Of a DNA stretch of 64,000 nucleotides, positions 13,781 to 26,500 are shown piece by piece. Numbering within the stretch: position 1 is the stretch's first letter; the number at the start of each line of letters is the position of its first letter. The DNA comes from Mobula hypostoma (lineage: Eukaryota): positions 74,588,001 through 74,652,000 of the forward strand of contig NC_086108.1 of assembly GCF_963921235.1 (NCBI RefSeq), in the 5' to 3' direction. The notes below the pieces were generated by a model. The model was not told the DNA's origin, searched no databases, and was given only the letters and a program-made list of their open reading frames with translations. Position numbers and translations under genes: made by a program.

Positions 13781-14795
13781 AAAGACATAGGAGTAAAATT
13801 AGACTGTTCAGCCCATCGAGTCGGCTCTGCCATTTACAACTCCACAACCTTCACAACTCCATTCTCCTGCCTTCTTCCAGTAACCTTTGATGCTATGCCC
13901 AATCAAAAAAACTATCAACCTCTGCTTTAAATATATTCAATGACTTGGCCTCCACGGCTGTCTGTGGCAATGAATTCCGCAGATTCACTAGCCTCTGGCT
14001 AAATAAATTCCTCCTGATCTCTGTTCTAAATGGATGTCTCTCTATTCTAAGGCTATGCCTTCTGGTTTTTGACTCACTCACATCCACTTCATATCCACTC
14101 GTATCTAGGGCTTTCAATATTTGATCGATTTCAATGAGATTACCCCCTCATTCTTCTAAACTCCAGTGAATACAGGCTCAGAGCCATTAAACGCTCCTCA
14201 TATGTTAACCCTTCCATTTCCAGAATCATTGTCATGAAACCCCTCTGGACCTTCTCCAATGCTAGCACATTTTTCTTGGATAAGGGACCCAAAACTGCTC
14301 ACAGTACTCCATGTGTGATCTCAGCATTACGTCCCTGGTCTTATTTAAGACATAAGACGTAGGAGCAGAATTAGGTCATGAAGTCTGTCAAGTCTGCTCC
14401 ACCATTCAATCGTGGCTGATCCCCTTTTCCCCTCCTCAGCCCCACTCCCTAACCTTCTCCTTATAACATTTGATGCCGTGTCCAATCAAGAACCTGTCAA
14501 ACTCTGCCTTAAATACACTCAATGACCTGGCCTCCACAGCTACCTGTAGTAATAAATTACACAAATTCACCAGTCTCTGACTAAAAAAATTTCTCCTCAT
14601 CTCTTTTTTTAAATGGATGCCCCTCTATCCTGAGGCTGTGCCCTCTTGTCCTAGACTCCCCTACCATGGGAAATATCCCTTCCACATCTACTCTGTTTAG
14701 GCCTTTCAACATTCAAAAGGTTTCAATGATATCCTCTGTCATCCTTCTAAATTCCAACGGGTACAGACCCATATACTGGTCCTCTCGATAATGAG
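13781..14795 (-). mobile_element. CR1 3' fragment (host copy), split by a second CR1
   Basis: TEIRRNLFSQRLVNLRNSLPQTAVEAKSLNIFKAEVD; a short continuation appears to resume after 14770. Confidence 0.8.
14347..14770 (-). mobile_element. CR1 3' fragment nested in the preceding CR1
   Basis: A new CR1 tail (AAGACATAAGAC) starts at 14347 and repeats the same 3' region. Confidence 0.75.
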
Positions 14796-16544
14796 TTTTT
14801 TCCTGTTTATCCTGCATGGTGAGTTTAGCTGCCAATATCCACTATTTGAGTGGTGATTCTCCTTCTGTGAAGGAGGAGATACTTCTAGATAACAGTTTAA
14901 ACACTGTTTGGTCTGCAAGTTTCCTTGAGCTAAACTTCTTAGCCGGCATTATCTAGTTTGAAACAAGCCAAATAAAATAACCTATTGTTTTATATTGCAC
15001 CTCTTGAGCAGTTAGCTCAGGTGCTGTGGGCCAGCAAATCTGATGTATAGACAGTGCTTGTTTGCAAAGCTGCCTTTTAATTTCAAACTGATTGTTGCTT
15101 GCTACTTACATGAAGAACTGAGTCTGGCTTCCCTTTTGACTAGAAGCTAAACAAAGAATATTAGTTTGTATTTTAACTTGTTCAAAAACAACATTCTTTT
15201 GATCTTTAGAAGCTCATGGCTGCTATGTTAGAAAGCTGAACTTGGTTAAAAAAAAGAAGAGGCCCCCAGGCCCAGCACAGTGACTATCTATGACATATTT
15301 TCAATTTGTCTTTATAAAACATGTATTATTGATAGATTTGTTTAAATATAATCCGTAATATCTCAAGACCCAATCATCATTCCATTCTTGAAGTTGTACT
15401 TATTTTGCTCTCTGTCTGATTTAGATTGGGGTGAATTGACAAACCCCATTAGTTACTCGAACTAGAAACAAATGATATGATTCTAGTGTTCTTCTTTTGT
15501 GTTTGTAAATGGAGCTGACAGCTAGGCTTCAATAACATGTAAGAAAAATGGGGTATCAAATCTGAAAAAAGATATGGTGTGAAAATAGTGTTCTTTCATG
15601 GCAAGGACTAAATTTTAAATGTCATTAAAAGGATGAAACTACATTTGTCTCTGGTACCAATAGAAATCTGAGATAGATCTGTGATATGATTTTAGCTTAC
15701 GGTGTTGAGGCAGGTTATCAGTGTGAAACTTGCCAAGCTATACAGGCAATATGATAACCCTTTCACTTTGTTCAAGAGCAAAAGGCCACTGGAACCCCAA
15801 AATACTACCTAGATTTTAGAGGAAGGAAATAAAATTACTTTACAATGTAGTAGTCCTTGGCTCCATCATCTCATTTAAATTATGATGCCTCTCTAAAGGT
15901 GGCAAGAGCTGAAGCTATCCCAATGTAATTTATTTGTGATTGAGGTTGTACTTACCATTATTCATTCTCGATGTTAGTCACATGCAACTTTGTGCATGCT
16001 GGCCTTCTTGAAATATTTGGCTGAATCTATAATTCATTAGCAGATTATTTTACCAAATATTTTACTAAACTATTGTTCATAATACAGTATTTTTGTGTGC
16101 TAACTAGACACAGAAACAAATTAGAAGTGAGACGTATCTTCATTTTAAAATGATCAGAAAAAGGATGAAAGTTTAAAATCTTCTTAGAATCAGAATAATA
16201 TTTGCAGGATGAGTGATATACTGTGTAGTCACTGAAGTGAAAATAAAATGAGAAATAATGAAGTGTGTTATTACCTAATACCTATACACCCAGTTTGTTG
16301 CTTCAGAATTGTACATTTTATTTTGCATTTAGAAACATTAATGGCACAGAAATTGTTCCCAACCATAGGCTTATGTTTAGCAGATTCCTCAAAGTCAGTT
16401 TACTGGTAAGTGGTATACTAATTCTAAAGGGCATGGTGCTGCTTGCCAGCAGGGTCTTGCCCAATGCAGTGATTTCAGCTGGGTGGATCAGAACAGGCTC
16501 CAAACAAGCATTCGGCAAAGCCACTCTTGAAATCCCACCACTGC

Positions 16545-16765
16545 CTGTAATGAGTTTGTACATTGTTCCTGTGTTCCTCCGGATGCTGAGGTTTCCTCCC
16601 ACTCTCCAAAGATGTACCAGTTGGTAGGGCTAACTGGTGTTTGTAAATTACCCCGTGATTTAGCTAGGGTTAAATTGGGGGTTGCTGGGCAGTGCAGCTC
16701 GAAGGGCCACAAGGCCTATTCTGTGCTGTATCTCCATAAATAAATAAGTAAACAAACAAATAAAT
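16545..16765 (+). mobile_element. HE1/V-SINE-like element
   Basis: V-domain-like GTTTGTAC...GGTTTCCTCCCACTCTCCAAAGA, GAAGGGCC tail and (TAAA)n end. Confidence 0.65.
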
Positions 16766-17451
16766 TATCAACAGTAAAAACTACTTAGGACTTTGAATGG
16801 ATTCAAAAACAATTGGAACTGACAAAGCCACTGAAATGTATTGTATTACCACAAGTTAAATCACAAATTACGTGAAAACAGTTGTAAGCAGTCAAAGCAT
16901 TCAAGCAAGATTTTGCAACCTAACAAATGTAATTTACTTTATTTCATTCCTCTCCATCCAAATGAGGTGGGCTTGCCATTTTTGCACCAGATGTAACTTG
17001 GCACATACTGAGCATGCTGACTCCTTAGTGTAACTGCTGGGGAATTCAGCAAGTTTGTGTTTTGCCACAGGAGAGTATGAGAATTCCAAATTTGGTGTGT
17101 AAATGGGGGAGATCTTGAGCCAAATTTGGCCAGTGCAGTGGGTTTGAACTTAATCATATATACCATGAGGGCTGAGGGTTGTGGGATGTTAATGGTATTT
17201 TGGTAACATATTACCAGTATTTCTCAGTAAGTCATGGTCAAACATAGAGGGTAAATAGCAGATCTCATGTTTTTTATGTTCCCAAATTGTGCTTTCCTTT
17301 TCTGTAGGCCTAGGGTTATTGCGTTAGGTGAAGTTCATGCTCTTTTGAACTTTCAGACATTTGATAGCAGGGCAAGATGGGCTTGTGACAACAACAAATT
17401 CCTTCCTATCAGCAATTTAACTGTGTAAGGCCACTTTTCACTGCATGCGGT

Positions 17452-17998
17452 TATTTGGAGTATTGTGAGCAGTTTTAGGCTCCTTATCTAAGAAATGATG
17501 TGCTGACATTGGAGAGGGTTCAAAGGAGGTTCACAAAAATGATTCCAGCATTGAAAAGCTTGTCATATAAAGAATATTTGATGACTCTGAGCCTGTACTC
17601 TTTGGAATTCAGAAGAATGAGGGATAACCTCATTGAAATCTATTGCATGTTGAAAGGCCTCAAGAGAGTGGATGTGGAAAGGATGTTTCCGATGGTGGGG
17701 CAGTCTTAAGACCAAAAGACATAGCCTGAGAACAGAGGGGCGTCCTTTTAGAATGGAGGTGAGGAGGAATTCCTTTAGCTAGAGAGTGTTGAATCTGAGT
17801 AACTTGCTGCCACTGGTGGCTGTGGAGGCCAAGTCTTTATGTGTAGTTAAGGCGGAGGTTGATAGATTCTTGATTAGTCAGGGTATGAAGGGATACGGTG
17901 GAAGGCAGGAGATTGGGGCTGAAAGGGAAAATGGGATCAACCATAATAAAATGGAGTGGACTCGAATGGCCTAATTCTGCTTCTATGTCTTATGGTCT
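17452..17998 (+). mobile_element. CR1 3' fragment
   Basis: LERVQRRFTKMIP...LYSLEFRRMRDNLIE; TTATGGTCTT tail. Confidence 0.85.
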
Positions 17999-18279
17999 TT
18001 TTTAGTGACTAGGATAAGTAACAACACACATTGTCACAAATAAGTGAATAAATTTTGAAGCTATTGCCAGACATTTTTCCATATATCTAAGGAAGTTTGC
18101 TGTTGCATTTATAGGCAATCATTGATGGCACTATGTCATTTTGTTTCATACTAGTTTTGTCGCAAGTATTTCCCCCCTACCACCATTCTCCTCCGTCTGA
18201 CGGAACTGGTCCTCACTTTCAATAATTTCTCCTTTGGCTTCTCCCACTTCCTTCAAACATTTCTTGTGAAGATTGTGTC

Positions 18280-18385
18280 ACTAACCCTAACCCTACATCT
18301 TTGGAATATGGGAGGAAACTGGAGCACCCAGAGGAACCCCATGCCGTCACAGAGAGAATATACAAAGTGCTTACAGGCAGTGGAG
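18280..18385 (-). mobile_element. HE1/V-SINE core fragment
   Basis: TCTTTGGAATATGGGAGGAAACTGGAGCACCCAGAGGAACCCC is the reverse complement of the V-domain-like core. Confidence 0.65.
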
Positions 18386-18401
18386 AACTTTCCTTTAAAG
18401 T

Positions 18402-18527
18402 AACGCACATAAAATGCTGGAGGAACTCAGCAGGCCAGGCAGCATCTAGGAAAAGAGTACAGTCGATGTTTTGGGCATTTTGTGTGTATTGCTTGGATTT
18501 CCAGCATCTGCAGATTTTGTCTTGTTT
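18402..18527. mobile_element. Penelope-like repeat, collapsed inverted pair
   Basis: AAAATGCTGGAGGAACTCAGCAGG arm joined to an inverted CATTTTGTGTG...CCAGCATCTGCAG arm. Confidence 0.55.
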
Positions 18528-19540
18528 ATAATTTGTTTTCCTTTAAAGTATCTCAGTACAGGACCTAAAGCAAAAACCTGACTGATCAAGTTTCACAATT
18601 TGCCATAATGAAATGAGACTCCTGTTTTTATTTAGTGGAGTTTGATTTGCTTCTGCACACCTACTTAGCACCACTGTCCAATCCTCTCCTATTTTTTTTT
18701 ATCTAATCAGAAAACATTCAAAGAAATGGTTATTATCAGCCAACTAGACAATCATTTATAACCAGATATTGTTAAATTAGTATGGTCAGAACTGAAGCTC
18801 TCAACTAATGTTATGTGTATGTGTTACATTCCACAATATGCTGAGAGAGAATTTGAATAGAAGGTTGACCAATCAGGAAACAATAGGTTCTGGCATTTAA
18901 CAGTGTTGGGTAGGAGTAAGATATGTGAAGACATAAAGAAAAGGATATCAGAAGAAGCCATTTTCAGGTAATTAGCAGGTTGTGAATTATTTAACCCGCT
19001 TTATATTGAAGTTTTAATATAATTATAGGCAAATGTGAAAATCCTAAGTTATTTAAAGAGCAATACTATGAAAAGGGGTGTCTTGGTTGGATGATCCAAG
19101 TTGAGCTAAATTACCTTGTTATCCATAATTATTACCTCATAGTTTTGTGCTAAGACTAAATCTAACACTTTCTTATTCCTATTTATTCTATTTCTCTTAA
19201 AATACAGTTACTGGAGTTCATGCATAATAGAGCTTTCAGTATTTTGGGCTATATGTTTTTATTTCATACTTGGAAGATGTGGCAGAGCAGAATTTATTTT
19301 TCTTCCATCGCCCCAGAGGCTTTAAGGGTAAACCACGTAGTGTGGATTTGCATATAGGACAGTTTGGGTGTGGAATAGCTGAATTATTTCCCAAAGGGAA
19401 TTATTTAGCACCAATGAGTTCTTGTGCCACTCCAAGAAAAATGAGAGAATCTGCAGATGCTGGATATCGGATATCCAAGCAACACATACAAAATGCTGGA
19501 GGAACTCAGGAGGCCAGGCTAGCATCTATGGAAAAGAGTA

Positions 19541-19578
19541 CAGTCGATGTTTCAGACCAAGACCCTTCATCAGGACTG
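19541..19578 (-). ncRNA. Minimal type-I hammerhead ribozyme motif (antisense copy)
   Basis: Reverse strand reads CAGTC-CTGATGA-A-GGGTCTTGGTCT-GAAA-CA-TC-GACTG; 5-bp stem I, but the ACGT palindrome has decayed to ACAT. Confidence 0.5.
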
Positions 19579-19851
19579 GAGAGAAAAAAAAAGGTGAGAA
19601 AGATGAGGAGTCAGAGCTAGAAGCGGGGGTGGAGCAGGAGGAAACTACTACACTGTCAAGTCTCTTCCAGGAATACCTATCCCGAAGAAGTTTAAATCTT
19701 CCCTTCTACGAGAATTCAGTGAAACCCTCTCTCACTGCTCTCCCTCTGTGATCTCTCCTACCCTCTGACTCTTCTCACCTATGACCTTGAGTTTCTTCCA
19801 TCTCCTCCCCCCCACCTCATTTTTTTTTGACTCCTCATTTTTTTTTTCTCC

Positions 19852-19887
19852 AGTCCTGATGAAGGGTCTCAGCCTGAAACGTCGACT
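19852..19887 (+). ncRNA. Minimal type-I hammerhead ribozyme motif
   Basis: AGTC-CTGATGA-A-GGGT(CTCA)GCCT-GAAA-CG-TC-GACT. Stem I AGTC/GACT, intact CUGAUGA and GAAA cores, palindromic ACGU stem III, and a GUC triplet (predicted cut after 19883). Confidence 0.6.
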
Positions 19888-21214
19888 ATACTCTTTTCCA
19901 CAGATGCTGTCTGGCCTGCTGAGTTCATCCAGCATTTTGTATGCTTTTCCGGCTGCTTTCATTTTCAATTTTTGGTGCAAAATTATCAGATTTTTAAAAT
20001 GTTCAACAAATTTTTATGGTATGTCTTGCATTATCAATCTCAATAATATAATAATTAAAACTTAATTTACTTAAACAGAATGATTACTACCTTGATATCA
20101 TTAACAGCCTCAACATTTTGTTCTTGGGTGAGTAGATAGGTATATGGTATGACAGTTTGCTAAATTATGCTCTATCTTGCCAATTGGACTATTGTAATAC
20201 AATTTACATGTCCCTTCTTTACCCAGTTAGTCATATGGATGGAGCTAAGATTGTAAATAGCTGTCAAACCAGAATCTAAGTCACATCCATAAGGTTTGAT
20301 AATCCTGTAATTCCCGAATAGCACCAAAGCTTGCAAGGAATTAATAGCTTGATTTTTTTTTCAAGAAAAGTATTTTGGTGATTACTTTAAGAAATGTCCC
20401 TGGATTAAATATCAAACAATATAATATAACGTTTAACAGATGTCCTGTGATATAATGAGCTTGGTAGAGATTGCATTTTGGAAAGTAAAAGAACTTAGTA
20501 TAGTTTTCTTGATAAATATTCAATTTGTAAGTGATCCTTCAGATTGGTCCTGAAGTTGCTTACCTTATGTGATGAAACCACCTCCTCTTTCATTCCACCT
20601 TATGCTTGGCTGAATTTGGGCTAGGATTGTCAGCAGTGCTCTATGTAATAAGAATTACTTTATTTCAATGGGAAATCTGGTGTCATGTACATAAATGGTT
20701 ATAGACCCTTTATTTCACATGTGAAATTCCTAATGAAGACACTTGATCTGAAAAGTTTGTCTTTATTTAGGAAAGCAAAGCATCTGCAGTCTCTTGTGTT
20801 TGCAAAACCAAGGATTTTATAGTCTCTGAAAATAATGCCTTAAAAACTAAATTGGTCTTTCAATGAATTTCCAGGAAATGCTGGAAGAGACCTTTCCCAG
20901 TGAGTATCGAGGCCTGTTCAGGCATTATCTGCAGAGAATTTGACAGCCTTCTTGGCTGTGTCATCTGTTTAGTCAGTGGTAAAAGATTCATGTGAACTTG
21001 CAGGATTGGGAGACACCTGGTGGGAAAAAAAATACATGAAAGATATGAGTGTGACTGCTTCTGAGAGCCAGCATACAGATCATGAGTAATTGGCCTCTTC
21101 CTTGTTCCAGTTTTCTAAGGTTCTATGATACCTTTAGCTATCAGGAAGGTTATTCAATCTTTGGAAACATCTTCACAACCACTAACCTGATTTGTCCTCA
21201 CTCTTTATTCTACG

Positions 21215-21390
21215 ATATGCAGCCGGCATTTTTTCTCTTTCCTGTAATGGGGTGACCAAAATTCAAAATGATACTCCAAGTGTGGCTTAATGGAAGTTTC
21301 ATATCGCTGCAGCATGATTTTCTGACTTTTCTACTTGTGTCCTGGCCAGCAAAGGCAAGTATTTCATAGAGTCTTCTTTCCACCCTATCA
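21215..21390 (-). mobile_element. CR1 fragment
   Basis: Remnants resembling LAFxGQ and RPHLEYxxQFWSP on the reverse strand. Confidence 0.55.
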
Positions 21391-22149
21391 GCGAAAATAG
21401 AAATAGACAATAACTGCTGGCCTTGCCTGCAAAGTCCAGATTCTAATAAATAAATAAGTACCTGAATGCAATCTGTCAACTCTTTTAGCAAGTGTTTTTT
21501 TTTATTGTCATGTGCTCTGAAAGGGCAATCAGCAGAGGTCTGTAGGAAGTCAGCTGATGATGATTTGGAAGGAGAGAGGACTGGAAGAGTCAGGAGGAAT
21601 GTGGTAGCAGCACGGCAATGGTAATCTGTTCCAGGGTTTGAACTCCTGTGAGATGAAGCATATGTTCATGCTCATGACTGTGCGCTTGAAGGCCCTGCAG
21701 TTTTACAGTCTGATCAATGACCCATATAATCTGCCCTTGTGTTCTAAAGAACTGGATTAAAAGGGACACATTGGGAGCTGTGCTTGGAATCCTTTAACCG
21801 CTTAATTTGCAGCTGTGAAGTTGATGGCTTCACCAGTCTGTTATTAGAAGAGGAAACATCTTGGCATTTCTTTGCAAACACCAATAAATGAATCAAGTCA
21901 TATTTATACAATATTTAAATATATTTCTCGTCCTTGCCTCATGACAAATGCATGATGGATCTAGAGTTGGAGAATCAATTAATTTTGCACTGGTAGCATT
22001 GAAAATCTATTTTAAAGTACTTGAAGTATAAAATATTATAGAGACAATAGTGAACTATAGAACATAACTTGTTGATCTCTGCTTTGGTGGGCTCTGTATT
22101 CACGGATTTAATTGAGGGGAAAGGGTCTTTTTCATATGGGCTGCAATTA

Positions 22150-22670
22150 TTTGAGTATAAGTATAGAAGCTTCCTTCTTCAGTTATATTGGACTCTAGTG
22201 AGACCACCAGTGGAATATTGTCCACCTAAAGATGTGAGATCAAGTCTGTGATAAAAGGATGGCAGTGAAGTTTCCAGAGGTTGATACCTGGGATGGATAC
22301 CTGCATCAAATCAAATCAGCAAGGATCATACCAGATACTTCTGGCACCAACATCGCATGCCCATAGCTTACTAACCCTAACTGAACATCTATGGAATGTG
22401 GGAGGAAGCCGGAGCACCCATGTGGTTATCCAGAGAATATTGAAGCTCTTACAGGCAGTGGCGGGAATTGAACCCTGATCAGTGATTGCTGGCACTGCAA
22501 TAGCGTTACACTAACTGCTATGTTATCATGCTTTCCCCACAAGTCATATGAGAAGAGATTAAACAGCCTATGCTCAACATTTGAGCTTAGAACAATGCAA
22601 GGTGAAATGTACAAAATTTAATAGGGTAGATGAAAGGCTGATCATTCCCTTGTTTAGGGTGCCTAGTGCT
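22150..22670 (+). mobile_element. Old CR1 fragment split by a reverse-oriented HE1-like SINE (about 22300-22530)
   Basis: EYKYRSFLLQLYWTLVRPPVEYC; SINE core GGAATGTGGGAGGAAGCCGGAGCACCCA and tRNA-like GGGAATTGAACCC. Confidence 0.55.
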
Positions 22671-22679
22671 TGAGAGGTC

Positions 22680-23570
22680 GACAGTGACCTGCCTTTTAAA
22701 AATTACCTCCCAGTGGCACTGACCTCAATAATAATGAAGTGCTTTGAGCAGTTGGTCATGAACTGCATTAAATCCTGCCTTCCCACTATGTTGGAGTCCT
22801 ACCAGTTTGCATACTGCCCAAGTTGATCCACTGCTGATGGAATAGCCTCTGCCTTCTACTCAGTCCTGTTCCACCTGGAGAATGGTGTGCATCGACTTTA
22901 GTTCAGTGTTCAATGTGATCATTCCTCAGAAGAGGAATGTCCTTATTGGGACATTAACACCTCCCTCTGTAATTGGATCTTGAACTTCTTGATAGAGAGA
23001 CTTCAGATAGTTTATATTGGCAGCAACATCTCTAGGTCCATCACAATGAGCACTGCTGTTCACACCGCTGTCGCATGACTGTACTTCGAGATCCAGCTTG
23101 AGCTGCTTCATTAAATTCGCTGGTGACACAACAGTGGTTGCCCTCTTCAGCAGCAATGATGAGCTGGCATACAGAGGAAGTAGAGTGGTTTGTGGACTGG
23201 TACGAATACAACAATATGAGACTCAATGTGGACAAAAGACTAAAGAGATGCTTGTAAATTACAGGAAGGTGCAGGCTGACCACACCCTACTGCATATCAG
23301 TGGCTCCTCTGTGGAGAGGGTCAGGAGCACCAAGTTTCTTGGAGTGCACATCACAAATGATCTCACCTGGTCTCTCAACACCACCTCTCTAGTCAAGAAA
23401 GCACAGCAGCTTCACCACTTCCTGAGGAGATTGGGACATGCAAGGCACCCCACCTGCATTCTAACCACATTCTACCAGAGCACCATCGAGAGTGTTTTGA
23501 TCAGCTGTATCACCATCTGGTATGGGCATTGCTAGGCATCTGACTGCAAGTCCCTGCAATGGATTGATAG
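22680..23570 (+). mobile_element. Rex1/Babar LINE RT fragment
   Basis: [13 protein letters not shown]..., IKFAGDTTVVAL, TKFLGVHITNDLTWS, STIESVLISCITIWYG, with frameshifts. Confidence 0.85.
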
Positions 23571-26500
23571 ATGTATTGTGTTTGCACCTTGGTTCTTGAG
23601 GAACTTTGTTTGGTTTAGCACATGTATGGTTGAATGACAGTGAACTTGAAATACAATACTTATCATTTGTACTAACGTAAACCATAATCTTATCTGAGTA
23701 AATGGTTAATTGGGCACAAATGGTCAAATGGCCTCATCTTTGCTTCTGTTTCTTGTACTTGAGATTCATGAGACCCTAATTTTAATTTCAATTGCAAATG
23801 GGGGAGAATTATGATTTTCCTTTTTGTTTTTCTACCTTTTGCGCCACTCTTCACCATTTATATGCCATTCCTGTGAGCTGACCTTTATCACTGGAATAAA
23901 AATTAGGCAGGTTCAAAACAACTACAACTCTAGCGGATCACCTACTGTACAATGAGGAAGAAAGTTCATTGCACTGGAACATATTAATGGGAGCATTAAT
24001 TACTGATGCTTTCACAAAAATTTAAGGTCTTTTGTAGTTGAAATGCTCCAATAGAAGAGATTAAACTAGGTTATAGAAAAAGGAAAGCAAAGCAAGGAAA
24101 ATAAAACAGGTGCCTCTTCCCCTTCACCAACAGATTTCTGAAAGGTCCATGAACCCTCAAATACTACCTCATATTCTGTTTTTTGTGCTATTTACTGATT
24201 TTCATAATTTATAGTAATTTCATGATTTTGCACTGTAGTTGCCACAAAACAAGTTTCATGTCTTATAAGTCAGTGATAATAAATCTTATTTTAATTCATA
24301 CAATGAAATTCATGGTGTCATGAAAACTGACTAGTACTTTTTCAAAGCAGAGCTTCTGAGTTATAACCACTCTGGAGGTGTTCTCCGGGATTCAACAGAA
24401 TGCACACCAAGAACTGTAATCATCTAATTTTCTTCAAATGCTGTACCTTAAAGAAAAAATGTATATATGTCATTTTATAAATAATGTTAACTAAGTATAA
24501 GGTGCTATATATGAGCAACAGAGGAAAAGAAGCAGGAGGGAGAAGAGTAATGGAAGACACAAACCAGGTAGCCCTTTTTGCCTTGCATCTTTCCTTATTC
24601 TTCTTCCTTTTGCTTTTAGAGTTCTGCTTCTGTAAGAGTATTATATGATGGACTCAGTTCTGGTACAATTCTCATTTCCCTCCTACACAGCAACATCCTA
24701 ACATTTTCTTGGCTACAATGCAAAATTAAGCACCATCACAAAATAAATGGGCTTTGTGCAACCTTTTCAGTTGTTCATCTGGCGGAATGTGCAGGATGAG
24801 AGATGCAGAGTGTGTTGCTAGCAGACTTGCAAAGTGCGTGAAAGAGTGCTGGGTTGTATGTCAAAATAGATTATTGGTAGGTTAGTGCTGAAGGTGTGGT
24901 GAATTGAGCCAATTGTCTGCTGGATGGAATGTGATATTTGCTGTTGGATTCAGTGCAGGATTGTTGAGATTATGATCTATTTTGTATGAAGGTCCTTGGT
25001 TCTTGATTCCTGGATTATCAGCTTTCTTCTGAGTATTTGTTTGAAGTTACTCTTGTTTTCCTGTAGCTGCAAGACAATTTGCTGCTTCCATTAAGGTCTC
25101 CAATGGAGCCACCTTTTCTCATGTTGTGCAATTACCCTAGTCATTAAATTCCTCAACTACCTGCTCCATCCACACTGCACCTTTCCTTTAAGAGCCATAG
25201 ACTAGTTGAAACTTCCCTTTGTAGTAGTCATTCAAGATATTGGTTCCCTGCTGATGTGTCCTGCTATTCAAAAGCGTAGAAATGCTGGCTGGATGCTACA
25301 ATCATGGAAATGAGCAAACGACTCAAAACTGGCATGCTGCCTGCATTCCACTAAATGGGTGCGAGTTAATCATACATCTTGATTGTAGATATTCAGTTTT
25401 GGGGGAGAAGGGTGGGAGGGCAGCCAATCAAATTTAGTATTTGCTGGGTTTTTAACTTCACACTTAGTAATGCTGTTTTATTGAACAAACTGTACTTCAA
25501 GACACTATTTTTGGCTTACAGATAGCATTTTAGTTACATCAAGATGATGCTAAAATAAAATATTGTGTTGAGAGACAATAATACACTCTCCATTCATTTC
25601 TGCAAAATAAATACTGCAAGTTTAATGGAGAATATATAAATCAAATGTATTCTTACGTAGTATTTTTTTCTTTAATTTTATATATCATGTTGCTGAAGGC
25701 AACATTTATCTGAAGAATACCATTTTTTTTAGGAATGCTAGCCTTAATTCCAAACATGCTGCAAGTGTGGGGCTACATTCAGTAAATTTTGTCTTCTATT
25801 CTATTTTGTTTTTCTTCCCCCTCGTTTTTTTAACTTATTTGCACAAACAAAGAAGGTTGTTGTTGAAAGGAGACTTATCTCCTACAACCAGCAGAGATTT
25901 GAGGCAGGCATACCACAGAGCACCCGGCCAACGCCATGGTGAATGGTACAATGTAGGCTGGCATTGAAAACTCAGCTGAGTGGGCAGCAAGAACAGTGCA
26001 TTCTTTGTAAATCCCAGCACAATGATCTTTTTTTTAAATTACTCTATTCCCCTTCAGGCTGTTGTGACCCCTTTTAGTATTTTGTTCACACATTGCCCGT
26101 CTTTTTTTGTAAAAGGATTTGAAGTGGAAATTGTCCTTATTCATAGTAAGTTTATCATAGCACTGTGTTGAGACCTGAATGGTACATATCTTATCGGTAT
26201 ATAATTGAGCTATAAAGAGCAAAGCATAGTCTCGATTTTTTTTTTCTGTTGCATTCAATCCGATCTCTTGTTGTGTGCAGCTTTTTCCCATGTTCCAATT
26301 TCTTTACAGAAATGAGCAGTCAATTCTCAACAAATTTGGCTTTAAGTTTACTTTGTACAGTTTTAATGTTTTCGATTATTTTCACACACACAATGATGCG
26401 TTGCATAGAACCTAAGGATAAAAACATCCCAGTAAGATTTATTTATAATAATGGCTGGCAAATTTCCAATGATGTTGCCTTTGGAAAGTTAGCAGATATC

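Larger units (their letters stand above)
19437..19945. mobile_element. Penelope-like repeat pair in inverted orientation, each arm carrying a hammerhead motif
   Basis: 19486-~19590 is near reverse-complementary to ~19840-19942. Confidence 0.65.

Noticed and set aside
22430..22520. tRNA gene (B-box-like GGGAATTGAACCC on the reverse strand)
   Set aside because: It is the tRNA-derived head of an HE1/V-SINE-like element; no cloverleaf can be built
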